Origin: a bacterium
Lineage (GTDB): Bacteria > Babelota > Babeliae > Babelales > RVW-14
NCBI GenBank assembly: GCA_043822925.1
Contig: JBDRBF010000060.1
Span: 1 to 54,474, forward strand
Length of the DNA: 54,474 bases
Reading direction: 5' to 3'
Positions 35,821 to 44,767 of the stretch are shown one piece after another. Below the pieces are notes generated by a model. The model was not told where the DNA came from and made no database searches. It saw only the letters and a list, made by a program, of their open reading frames with translations. Both the position numbers and the translations under genes were made by a program. Within the stretch, counting starts at the first letter, position 1. Each line of letters begins with the position of its first letter.

Positions 35821-37632
35821 TTATTTGCTGCTTTTTTTACGATCACCAGCTCTTAAAAAACGTTTTCTCAAACGAATGTTAAGTGGCGTGACTTCGATGA
35901 GTTCGTCATCGTTGATCCAATCAAGTGCTTGTTCAAGTGTCATAACCAGTGGAGGTGTAAGTTTAATTGCATCGTCTGAACCGGATGCGCGCATGTTTGT
36001 GAGTTTTTTCTCTTTGGTTGGGTTAACATCAAGATCGTTATCTCTGCTGTTTTCACCAATAATCATACCTTCGTATACGCTTGCTCCAGGAGCACAAAAT
36101 AAAATGCCGCGTGTTTGCAGGTTATCAAGAGCAAAACCATTGATTTTGCCGTTTTCCATGGAAACCATAGCGCCTTTTATTCTTTTAGGAATATTGCCTG
36201 CAAATGGTTCATATCCACTGAATCTATGGCTCATCATACCAGTACCGCGTGTATCAGTTAAGAATGAACTTCTGAAACCAATAAGGCCGCGTGCTGGAAT
36301 TTTGAATTCTAGGGTGACTTTGTTGATACCATGTGGGACCATGCTGGTTAAAATTGCTTTACGTTGACCCAAGGTTTCCATAATAATACCTTGGTGTGTA
36401 GCTTCTATATCAATGGTCAATAATTCGTAAGGTTCGTATTTTTGGCCATCTATTGTTTTATAAATAACTTCTGGCGCTGAAAGTTGAAGTTCAAAGCCTT
36501 CGCGGCGCATTTCTTCAACTAAGATACCAAGATGTAATTGTCCACGGCCTGAGACTTTGAATGTGTCTCCAGCTTCTGAATCTTCAACGCGTAAGGCTAA
36601 GTTTGTTTTTATTTCTTTGAATAGACGGGTACGGATTTGACGTGATGTAACAAGAGAGCCTTCTTTTCCACCAAATGGTGAGTTATTTACAGAAAAATTA
36701 ATGGACAGTGTCGGTTCATCAACTTCGACGTATGGAAGTGGTGCTGGTTTATCGACATTGCATATGGTACTACCGATAGTGATTTCTTCTTCAAAACCAG
36801 TAATAGCGATAATGTCGCCAAATTGAGCAGTTTTTGTTTCTACTCGAGAAAGACCTTCGAATTGATAGAGTTTTGTGACGGTTACTGGACGGCTGACATA
36901 GTCGTTTTTGCATGCGATAACTTGGTCGCCGACGTTAATCGTTCCGCCAAATATACGTCCGATGCCGATACGTCCCATATAATCTGAATGATCTAAGTTT
37001 GTGATAAGAAAACGTAATGTATCAGATTCTTGGCTCGGAACTGGAATGTGTTTTAAAATTGCATCAAAAAGAGGTTGCATGTTTCCTGACAGAGCTGTTG
37101 GATCTGTTGAGGCAAAGCCGAGTCTTGATGATCCGTATAAAATTGGGAAGTTAAGTTGTTCTTCGTGTGTTGCTATATCTAAGAATAGATCGTTAATTTT
37201 GCTTTCAGTTAATGGGATGTCGGCGTCTTTACGATCAACTTTGTTTATAAAAACCATTGGTTTTAAATTAAGTTGAAGTGCTTTTTGAAGCACGAATCTG
37301 GTTCCAGGAAGTGGGCCTTCTGCTGCGTCAACAAGCAATAAGAAGCCCTCGACCATTTGTAATGTGCGTTCAACTTCTCCACCAAAGTCTGTGTGGCCAG
37401 GGGTGTCTACGATGTTGATTTTTGCGTCAGGAAGGCGTATCGATGTATTTTTTGCAAGAATGGTGATTCCACGTTCTTTTTCTAAGTCTCCGGAATCCAT
37501 AACACGCTCAGTAGATGCGGTGGTAACGGTTCCTGATTGCTTGAGTAGCTCATCGACCAACGTTGTCTTTCCATGATCGACGTGTGCAATAATAGCGATG
37601 TTTCTGATATCTAATCTTTGTCTAAAACTCAT
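35821..37632 (-). CDS. typA: translational GTPase TypA/BipA
   Basis: RNIAIIAHVDHGKTTL, ERGITILAK, DTPGH.DFGGEVER, C-terminal KKLTNMRASG; start at ATG 37632 after GAGGG. Confidence 0.97.
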   Translation of the reverse strand: MSFRQRLDIRNIAIIAHVDHGKTTLVDELLKQSGTVTTASTERVMDSGDLEKERGITILAKNTSIRLPDAKINIVDTPGHTDFGGEVERTLQMVEGFLLLVDAAEGPLPGTRFVLQKALQLNLKPMVFINKVDRKDADIPLTESKINDLFLDIATHEEQLNFPILYGSSRLGFASTDPTALSGNMQPLFDAILKHIPVPSQESDTLRFLITNLDHSDYMGRIGIGRIFGGTINVGDQVIACKNDYVSRPVTVTKLYQFEGLSRVETKTAQFGDIIAITGFEEEITIGSTICNVDKPAPLPYVEVDEPTLSINFSVNNSPFGGKEGSLVTSRQIRTRLFKEIKTNLALRVEDSEAGDTFKVSGRGQLHLGILVEEMRREGFELQLSAPEVIYKTIDGQKYEPYELLTIDIEATHQGIIMETLGQRKAILTSMVPHGINKVTLEFKIPARGLIGFRSSFLTDTRGTGMMSHRFSGYEPFAGNIPKRIKGAMVSMENGKINGFALDNLQTRGILFCAPGASVYEGMIIGENSRDNDLDVNPTKEKKLTNMRASGSDDAIKLTPPLVMTLEQALDWINDDELIEVTPLNIRLRKRFLRAGDRKKSSK

Positions 37633-37751
37633 AGGTCCCTCTATCAAAATTTTTGTAAAAAAGGTTAAGAATTCCCCGAGCCCCAAAAAGCATTTTTATT
37701 AAAAATATTCTAACACAGTTAATTGCACGTAATAAATGAATTTGAAAAACT

Positions 37752-37786
37752 AAGAAGAAGAAGCTTTTAACTGCTTCTTCTTCTTG
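37752..37786 (-). terminator. terminator-like hairpin downstream of rpsR
   Basis: AAGAAGAAGAAGC-loop-GCTTCTTCTTCTT inverted repeat. Confidence 0.6.
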
Positions 37787-37878
37787 AATCGATGCTTTCT
37801 TTTTTTTCCAGATTTTCTTGATGAGTTTGTTGAATGAGATCTGGGATTAAAGCCATTTATTAACGATATTCGTGAATA

Positions 37879-38169
37879 TTAGAGCTGGTGAATGGAGCAA
37901 TACGGTAATAAAGCCATACTGCGTGCTATTTGTATTTGGGTTGAGAGTTGTCGTTGGTGGAAATAGCAGTTTCCTGAAACACGTGAAGGTAATATTTTGA
38001 ATCGTTCTGTTAAAAACATTTTAAGCAGAGGGGTGTTTTTATAATCAAGTAATTCTTCTTGTTCTGGTTTACCGCAGAAACGGCAATGTTTTAATGTAAG
38101 ATACGATTGCTTACGGATTTTTTTCTTAAGTAACCGTTGGCTGATTCTTAGTTTAAATTTTTTTGACAT
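37879..38169 (-). CDS. rpsR: 30S ribosomal protein S18 (Zn-ribbon form)
   Basis: CRFC, DYKN..LL..F.TER.KILP.R.SG.C..HQR, AR.MALLPY. Confidence 0.95.
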   Translation of the reverse strand: MSKKFKLRISQRLLKKKIRKQSYLTLKHCRFCGKPEQEELLDYKNTPLLKMFLTERFKILPSRVSGNCYFHQRQLSTQIQIARSMALLPYCSIHQL

Positions 38170-38190
38170 ATTTAAGCCCTTTTATTTTCT

Positions 38191-38655
38191 TTATTCTTCT
38201 GTTTCTTCAGGTGCGCCATGTACAAAATCATCTGATGATACGCTGTCTAGAAGGTTTTCAATTTTTCCTTCTTTGAGCATGGTATCGATGCTGCTTGGTC
38301 TGCTGCTATCGATGCCTTCAGGTTTTAGGTAAGCAGTTGGAGCATTCGCATCAAGAGCGATAGTGACAGAACGCAAAACTGTTTCGTGGCATTTAATAGT
38401 CAAAAAAGCGTTAATCTTTTTTGCAGCTTCAGGAACAGTTGTTACAGGAAGTTCATAGCGGGCAAGAAAATACATGCCGTAGCTATTTTTTTTGACCGGA
38501 TAAGCAAGTTGGAATTTACCCCATTTATCAAAGGTAGTTAACTTGCCTTGTAGATCTGTACAGATCTTATCGAAACTGTTTTCGATAGATGAAAGCTCGT
38601 CGTTGGTTATTTCTGTGCGTGCAAGCATGAGCGTTTCGTATCTTTTAGTTACCAT
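38191..38655 (-). CDS. rpsF: 30S ribosomal protein S6 with acidic C-terminal extension
   Basis: YETL, WG...LAYP.KK...G.Y, VLR motifs; directly upstream of rpsR. Confidence 0.93.
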   Translation of the reverse strand: MVTKRYETLMLARTEITNDELSSIENSFDKICTDLQGKLTTFDKWGKFQLAYPVKKNSYGMYFLARYELPVTTVPEAAKKINAFLTIKCHETVLRSVTIALDANAPTAYLKPEGIDSSRPSSIDTMLKEGKIENLLDSVSSDDFVHGAPEETEE

Positions 38656-38699
38656 TACGGTTCTCCCAGCAAAAATATGTTTTGTTACACTTTGAGTAC

Positions 38700-38756
38700 T
38701 TCACGGTGGGAGATAGCAGTCATCCTCAGAACGGTGACGGCTAACGGAACCATGAA
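38700..38756 (-). promoter_or_regulatory. candidate rpsF (S6:S18-binding) leader RNA
   Basis: On the minus strand, stem TTCATGGT/ACCGTGAA and stem TAGCCGTCA/TGACTGCTA are separated by an internal loop containing CCG. Confidence 0.5.
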
Positions 38757-38776
38757 TCGCTTTAACTTAGACATAA

Positions 38777-38804
38777 ATAATAGCAAAATCGACGATTTTA
38801 ACAA
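38777..38804 (-). promoter_or_regulatory. sigma70-like promoter of rpsF-rpsR
   Basis: TTGTTA-N16-TATTAT with extended TG on the minus strand. Confidence 0.5.
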
Positions 38805-38858
38805 GTAAATCTTGATATAAAGATAAAGAAAACGAGAAGATAAATAATAGTTTTAATG

Positions 38859-38997
38859 GCCTAGCGTTAAAACACTAGGCTGGTAGCAAATTTCAGGCGA
38901 TTACGCCTGATGAACTGGCTCTTGATTTTAAATTCTGGTTTTTTCCTCAGGCGTGAGCGCCTGATGCTCCTGCCAGCCTATGGTTTTAACCATAGGC
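38859..38997. repeat. inverted doublet of the bipartite GGTTTTAACC-loop element
   Basis: GCCTAGCGTTAAAACACTAGGC plus TCAGGCG-ATTA-CGCCTGA; then TCAGGCG-TGAG-CGCCTGA plus GCCTATGGTTTTAACCATAGGC. Confidence 0.8.
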
Positions 38998-39028
38998 AAA
39001 AAAAAGGCCCGGTTATGCAACCGGGCCT
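38998..39028 (-). terminator. intrinsic terminator of the XRE regulator gene
   Basis: Minus strand AGGCCCGGTT-GCAT-AACCGGGCCTTTTTTTT. Confidence 0.85.
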
Positions 39029-39051
39029 AAATTATAAGATTTAATTTACGA

Positions 39052-39765
39052 TTATGATTCGAAGTTTTGGTATCTATGAATAACTTTGCCAATAACTCTA
39101 AAATGGTCTTTACCACGAACTAAAGGCGTAGGCGCTTGTTTATGGTTGACTGATTCTAGAACGATAACTTCGTCCATAAAATTTACTTGTTTGATTTCTC
39201 TTGCCATGGTGTCATTACCATATTCAACAGCAACGATGTCGCCTGAATTGGTCCAAACACCAGGTGATATTACCAAAAGGTCGCCTTTAACAAATGTAGG
39301 CGCCATAAGGTTATCTTCAACTTTTAAGCAAAAAACGGCAGTGTCGGTTGTTCCTAAAACAGGAACAAATTTACCTTCATAGCCGGTTTTTTGTTGGGTA
39401 ATTTGATTATTAAATTCTGATGGCTGAGCTGGAATTTCTCCAACAATAGGAGCCACCGTAACTTTGATATTAACGTTGGCTGCAGCGCCGTTTGTTTTTG
39501 GCATTTCGACGTTTGCGCTTACGTTATCAGTACGGTTTTTTCTGGTATCAAGAACATCCATTGGATCTACTTCAAAAGCATCTGCAAGTTTGCGTAATGC
39601 GTCTTCGTTCCAACGTCTTGTTCCATTTTTGATGTGTGTTAAATAACTTTCAGACATACCTGTTTTTTCGGCTAAAACTTTGGTTGTCCATCGGCGTTCT
39701 CTGAGCATCTCTTTTACACGCAACCGTGTAGATGTGATCTCTTTATTATCTATTTGCTTTTCCAT
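39052..39765 (-). CDS. XRE-family HTH regulator with S24/LexA-like C-terminal domain
   Basis: LAEKTGMSESYLTHIKNG HTH; FCLKV...M.P.F..GD...I, GD.V.V, IK, VIGKV pattern. Confidence 0.88.
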   Translation of the reverse strand: MEKQIDNKEITSTRLRVKEMLRERRWTTKVLAEKTGMSESYLTHIKNGTRRWNEDALRKLADAFEVDPMDVLDTRKNRTDNVSANVEMPKTNGAAANVNIKVTVAPIVGEIPAQPSEFNNQITQQKTGYEGKFVPVLGTTDTAVFCLKVEDNLMAPTFVKGDLLVISPGVWTNSGDIVAVEYGNDTMAREIKQVNFMDEVIVLESVNHKQAPTPLVRGKDHFRVIGKVIHRYQNFES

Positions 39766-39912
39766 GAGTAACCCCCTTTATAAAAGTTAGTAATATTATT
39801 CTTAAATTTTCATGCGCCATTTATTCGCATGTGCTTTGGTTGCATCTTAGTGCAAAATAATTTGCAGGTAAGATTGTTGTTCGAGCAAAAAGCTTATTCG
39901 AGTAACTTTATC

Positions 39913-39940
39913 AGTATGGCCAAATCTTTCAAATAGTCAA
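39913..39940 (-). promoter_or_regulatory. possible promoter of the XRE regulator
   Basis: TTGACT-N16-CATACT on the minus strand. Confidence 0.4.
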
Positions 39941-40072
39941 GTGGGTTGTGACACGTGGGAACAATATTAAAAAAATATGTAATATATGATTTCTGCATGA
40001 AAATCTTGGTTTTTTGATCAAAATAGGCAAAAAAGTGGGCTTTTTGCTTGTGTTTATATTAAGGAAATAACT

Positions 40073-41020
40073 TTAGATATTGTTTATCTTTGAAACTTTT
40101 AAAATCAAAGCTTCAGCCAGGTTTTCAGCTATTTCTACTATTATTTGATTGCGTGATTTTCTGTTACAGGGGAAAAGCATGCTTAGGTAATTATGGCTTT
40201 TGTGTTTGTCGGGGTATCTGATATTAAAATCGTTACAAATTTGTATGCTGTTTTTTTTATCTAAATTATATGATGCGAGAAAATTTTTCTGTGCAAAAAG
40301 AGGGATTTCGAATTCTGGTGTCAGGCTATCAATCAATACTGATTGTAAATCTGTTAGTACGTTTTGATAGTCGAATAAATTTATATTTATGTGGTAGATT
40401 TGGGCTGGAATTATCAGGTCTTTGGGTATTTTGAGGTTTTCTTTTAATGCTTCTTTAATCGTATCAATTATTTCGTTTTGTGTATTTGCGTCGAGAGTTT
40501 CAGATTTTTGGGCGTTAATTGTTATTGTATCTTGTGTTAAAATTTGGCTTAATAATCCCATAGATTTTGAGCCCAGTGTATTATTATACGTAATAATTAT
40601 ATGTGTTTTTTTGCGATGTTTTGTTTTAGTTATTTTTTTTCGTAGGTGATCTGTTAGTTTGGCCAGCTGTGTAAACTTGTCTTGGTCATAGGCTGGGCAG
40701 TCTCGGTCGTCATAATCTATATTTTTTAATGTAATATCAAGCGTTTTGTCTTGTTTTGTAAGCGTATTAATAAGTGCGTTAGTTTTTTGTTCAAATAATG
40801 TGTAGTACTCGCCTGTTTTTATTATTGGATTATTTAGCCAGGACATGTATTTAACGTTTTTTAAAAAGCGGGGGCCAAAGTGTTCGTCGTGTCCAGCCAG
40901 GAGCCAGACTATAACGTCTGTGCGTGTTTCTGATATTTGGGCAGCTTGTATATTGGGAACTGATAAGTTTGAGAGAGCTATGATCGATATAATAACGATA
41001 TTTTTAATAAATTTATTCAT
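40073..41020 (-). CDS. orphan secreted protein (paralog of 41022-41984)
   Basis: Signal peptide ..NIQA; shared motifs G.YY..F..K, L.N..YDD, ITY.N..G.K, HININ. Confidence 0.8.
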   Translation of the reverse strand: MNKFIKNIVIISIIALSNLSVPNIQAAQISETRTDVIVWLLAGHDEHFGPRFLKNVKYMSWLNNPIIKTGEYYTLFEQKTNALINTLTKQDKTLDITLKNIDYDDRDCPAYDQDKFTQLAKLTDHLRKKITKTKHRKKTHIIITYNNTLGSKSMGLLSQILTQDTITINAQKSETLDANTQNEIIDTIKEALKENLKIPKDLIIPAQIYHININLFDYQNVLTDLQSVLIDSLTPEFEIPLFAQKNFLASYNLDKKNSIQICNDFNIRYPDKHKSHNYLSMLFPCNRKSRNQIIVEIAENLAEALILKVSKINNI

Positions 41021-41021
41021 A

Positions 41022-41984
41022 TTATTTTGTTTCGTTGGTTACGATTTCTTGAATAAGTTCTCCTAAAAACTCTGCGGTTGCTTTGACGGTAAAGGCTGCG
41101 CGTTCTTTATCAGATAGTTTTGGTTTAAGACAAATTTGTGCTTTGGTGGGGGGGGCAAGAGCAAGTTCTGCGCAGACGCGTTCTAGATTAAGATTGTGCG
41201 TTTTGATTTGACCTTGTTTTGTCGTGATGCGTCTATTAACTGGAGTTTCTCTGTCGACATCGTCTTTCATGAGTATAGAATCTTCGCTTAAGTCGTCATT
41301 TGACATGTTTTCAGAATCTTTCATGAGCGTTTCTTTTGAAAAATTAATATTTATATGATTAATTGGGGCCTGTTTGGATAAATTGAATGGGGCTGTGTTT
41401 AATAGTATGTTTAAATTTTTAAAAGCTTTGTTGCCCATTGAGTTTTCATAGGTTATGAAAAACAAGATTTTATCATGATTTCCTGTTTGTGTGATTTGTC
41501 TTGCTACGAATTTGTTAATAAAGGTTTGTTGATCAATAGAGCTGTTTTCTTGTACTTGTAAAAATTCGGGATCATCGTAGTTTACGTTATGGAGCTCTAT
41601 GGTTAATTTTGGTAGGTTTTGTTTGGGGGCTTGTGCGATTATTTTGTTTTTATTGTACGCATCGTTCATGTTGAGTATTTCTATATTGAGCTCAGGTTTA
41701 TTTTTTCTGAGTTTCATAAGTTTTTTATCGAAAAAATGATAATAATTGCCTATATTTTTTGCTTTGCACCAGCAGGGTAAGCAGTCGCAAAGAAATTCTG
41801 TGTTTTTATTTGAAAAAAGTTTTCCAAGAGTGTTGTTGTCTCTTAAAAAATATATTACGATTGCTTTGTCTTTTGGGTTGGTCGATTTCATCGCTTGTAT
41901 GCATGTGTTAGAAGCGTTGGTGAGCATGATAAGAAGAATAATTTTTGTGATTTTTTGAGTCTGCGTTTTGATAAAACTGTTCAT
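41022..41984 (-). CDS. orphan secreted protein (paralog of 40073-41020)
   Basis: GGGGG RBS; signal peptide ..CIQA-MK; same shared motifs; CDCLPCWC cluster. Confidence 0.8.
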   Translation of the reverse strand: MNSFIKTQTQKITKIILLIMLTNASNTCIQAMKSTNPKDKAIVIYFLRDNNTLGKLFSNKNTEFLCDCLPCWCKAKNIGNYYHFFDKKLMKLRKNKPELNIEILNMNDAYNKNKIIAQAPKQNLPKLTIELHNVNYDDPEFLQVQENSSIDQQTFINKFVARQITQTGNHDKILFFITYENSMGNKAFKNLNILLNTAPFNLSKQAPINHININFSKETLMKDSENMSNDDLSEDSILMKDDVDRETPVNRRITTKQGQIKTHNLNLERVCAELALAPPTKAQICLKPKLSDKERAAFTVKATAEFLGELIQEIVTNETK

Positions 41985-42090
41985 TTTTCCCCCTGATAAA
42001 AATGTCCCGTTTTAGATAGTATGAGTAATTTCTGAGTGTGAGCTATTCTTTAAAAAGTGTAGAAGATTTGGGAACGTAAAATCAATAAAC

Positions 42091-43806
42091 TCAGAACATT
42101 TTGAAAAGTATTGAGATAAGAATCCAAAGAGCTTCGCTGGCAAAAACGCCTGAGCAAAATGCGATATATTTTTCTTTATCTTTAGGAATTACAGAGGCAA
42201 ATCCACCTAGAATAAGTCCAAACGAGATTTTATTCGGCATGATAATGCCACCAAAAGTCATGGTCGGGCTTATTTTGAGTTTTTTGAGTATATAGCCACA
42301 GAGTATGCCAATGCTTACGACGTAGCCATTTAGATCTAAGCTCTGCACGAGTAGTGCGCGTGAGTGGCCTCGGGAGGCTATGAGTTTATCTGAGCCGATC
42401 TGTAGATGGGTAAAAAGTACGTGCAAAATTAGGCCAATACTTACAGAAGTTACAAGTAACCCTATCCATTGAGCCATATGAAGTTTTGACCGTTTAATTG
42501 AGCAAAATTCGCCTGTTTTATAATCGAAGAGTAAATCAGATGCTGTTGCAGCACAAATGCTAAAAAAGACCGATATGGCGGTAATTTGTGAGAAATTAAG
42601 GCGAAACATAAATATCATTGGGATAGTTACGTACGCAGAGTATCTGCCAAATTGCAATAGCCCTATTTCTGAGCTGATGTAGCAAATTTCGTAGGTAGCT
42701 ATAATGGTGAATGTCAGAAAAACGATTTGGGCTAAGATTGAAAATTTGAGGTAACAGAGAACAGCAATAGAACTGCTGAGAGCAAAAATAGGCTCAGCTG
42801 TTCTAAAAAACGCTGCAAAATTATATTTTTCTGAAATATTTGAGTTTATTTGTTCGTTTGGACTTGATATTTGATTCGGGGTTTGATTTTGCAGGTACTT
42901 GAGAGAATGTTTTATTATTTTGCTTAAAAACGTATAAATTTCTTTTAGGTAATTTGAAACTCTATTCATGTAATATGCGGGTTTGCTTAAAATACCTAAA
43001 AGTAACTCAGAGACGACAAGCCCCGAACAGAATGCAGTTATAAAGTTATTTTCATTTATGGGGGCAAACAATTGGAAGGGGAGAAAGAGGCTGTGTAGAT
43101 TAAAAAATGGTATTATGCTGTGTTTTATAAATATGCCAACGAGTAAGGGATAGGCAAAAGCAGGGCCTATGGCGAAGCCGATTGCCCATAACGTTGGCCA
43201 AAATTCGAAAGCGAGAGCTTCTCCACAGCGATGTTCAAAGAATTTTATTGTTTTTGGAATAATTCCTACAAATCCAAAAGCTCCATCGCGTAAAAAACTT
43301 AAGACGAGAGCGCTGGCGACTCCAAAAAACATGGTTATAGTTTGTTTGAGTTGTGATTGGGCTGCAATAATTTTGTAGGTGAGCTGGCTGACGGGAAATA
43401 ATAGTTTTTCTTGGTCTATAAATTTGGGGGATAGAATTCTGCCTAAAAATATTCCTAAGCTGCCAGCAGCGAGCGTTACGCTTAAAATGAGTAAATAAAA
43501 GTTCCACGGACGAAAGACCATCCATTCTAAAAAAGTCTCTCTATCTAGAAAATAGAGCGTTGGGAGGGCAAAGCCGATACCAACAGCTATTATGCCGCCA
43601 CCGGCAGCAATGGATTGGATAAGAATTATATCTTGCTTGTTTTCTAGATTTGTGCTTTTTTTTCTGAATTGAGCGAGTAAACTTGCGACTAGTACTAGTG
43701 TTGGGGCTATCCAAGGTCCAATCATGGTAGCAACTGAAATATATGCCAGTATTGCTGTGGATATGATGGTTAGTATGATTCCGGTGCTTAAAACGAATAA
43801 ATTCAT
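42091..43806 (-). CDS. OPT/YSL-family oligopeptide transporter-like membrane protein
   Basis: Polytopic; IQS.A..G, F.LP, L.FP, A.D...D.KTG, Q..G, SG..A.E motifs typical of OPT. Confidence 0.75.
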   Translation of the reverse strand: MNLFVLSTGIILTIISTAILAYISVATMIGPWIAPTLVLVASLLAQFRKKSTNLENKQDIILIQSIAAGGGIIAVGIGFALPTLYFLDRETFLEWMVFRPWNFYLLILSVTLAAGSLGIFLGRILSPKFIDQEKLLFPVSQLTYKIIAAQSQLKQTITMFFGVASALVLSFLRDGAFGFVGIIPKTIKFFEHRCGEALAFEFWPTLWAIGFAIGPAFAYPLLVGIFIKHSIIPFFNLHSLFLPFQLFAPINENNFITAFCSGLVVSELLLGILSKPAYYMNRVSNYLKEIYTFLSKIIKHSLKYLQNQTPNQISSPNEQINSNISEKYNFAAFFRTAEPIFALSSSIAVLCYLKFSILAQIVFLTFTIIATYEICYISSEIGLLQFGRYSAYVTIPMIFMFRLNFSQITAISVFFSICAATASDLLFDYKTGEFCSIKRSKLHMAQWIGLLVTSVSIGLILHVLFTHLQIGSDKLIASRGHSRALLVQSLDLNGYVVSIGILCGYILKKLKISPTMTFGGIIMPNKISFGLILGGFASVIPKDKEKYIAFCSGVFASEALWILISILFKMF

Positions 43807-44067
43807 TGTTTCTTGGGGTTTTTGTATTATTTAGTAATAATTTTTGGCAAAATAGCTCTTTCTCGAGAGTCTTTGATTGGGATTATAAGCAGGAAGCTTT
43901 GGATTGTATAGGGTGAAAAGTAAAATATCTTACTAATTTGTGCATTTTAAAAGAATACAAGAAGTGCTAATTTGTTGTGTTTTTGGTATCGCAATAATTA
44001 CAATTAGTAATGAAGAGGTGTGGACTTGGCCTAGAAACAGTAAAAAAAGAGGCAAGTAGGTGGATTT

Positions 44068-44574
44068 ATGAGTAATAGCAAATCTCAATTGCGAAGTAAG
44101 ACGATTATTAGAGTATTGGTGGCTCTTTTTATCGCAATTGTGATAGGGCGTGCTATATTTCGTTTTTTCTTAGATCAAAGCGCTGGGGAAAAAGAAAGCG
44201 GGCGATTGGTTTCTTTGCGTGTCCAGACGGCAGCAAAAGAGGCTGATGTTTTTTTTGTCCAAGATGGTGCTTCGTTTGATTTTAGAAAAATGATTCAACT
44301 TGTAGATGCTTGTAGCCGGGTAAAAAGAGAAACAGCATTGCATTTTGAGGGTAATGTTTTAATGCCGGGCAAAGCGATTGACCGTGATGAAGTTGATTCT
44401 CTTTTAAGAGAATTGCTTCGTGAACGAGAAAAGTTAAAAGAATATATTTGGGACCTTAAGGGTTATAGTCAAACTGGAATGTCTATGAAAAAATATCGAT
44501 CGTTACTATATTATACTGAAGTTTTAGAAAACAGAATTGTCGAAATGCGCGACTTGCTTGCACGTAAAAAATAA
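44068..44574 (+). CDS. hypothetical membrane-anchored protein
   Basis: 168-aa ORF with N-terminal TM and AGGTGG RBS. Confidence 0.7.
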   Translation: MSNSKSQLRSKTIIRVLVALFIAIVIGRAIFRFFLDQSAGEKESGRLVSLRVQTAAKEADVFFVQDGASFDFRKMIQLVDACSRVKRETALHFEGNVLMPGKAIDRDEVDSLLRELLREREKLKEYIWDLKGYSQTGMSMKKYRSLLYYTEVLENRIVEMRDLLARKK

Positions 44575-44660
44575 GATTACCTCCTGTTAAAATACTCGGC
44601 TCTCAAGAGCTTCAGGCTTGCCAGCCAGAGAAGAAGATAAAAAAATAGAGAATTTAGTGC

Positions 44661-44714
44661 TCAGGCGCAATCGCCTGAAGTTTTAATAAAAAGCCTAGGG
44701 TTTCAACCCTAGGC
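44661..44714. repeat. bipartite GGTTT(T/C)AACC-loop element (single)
   Basis: TCAGGCG-CAAT-CGCCTGA, 14 nt, GCCTAGGGTTTCAACCCTAGGC, between convergent genes. Confidence 0.8.
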
Positions 44715-44767
44715 TTTTTAAGTTCTTGTGTTGGGGAGAGTCTTTTAAAACATCTTCCAGGTTCGTG

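Noticed and set aside
39052-39765. Possible prophage repressor marking a prophage
   Set aside because: No integrase, structural or replication phage genes nearby.
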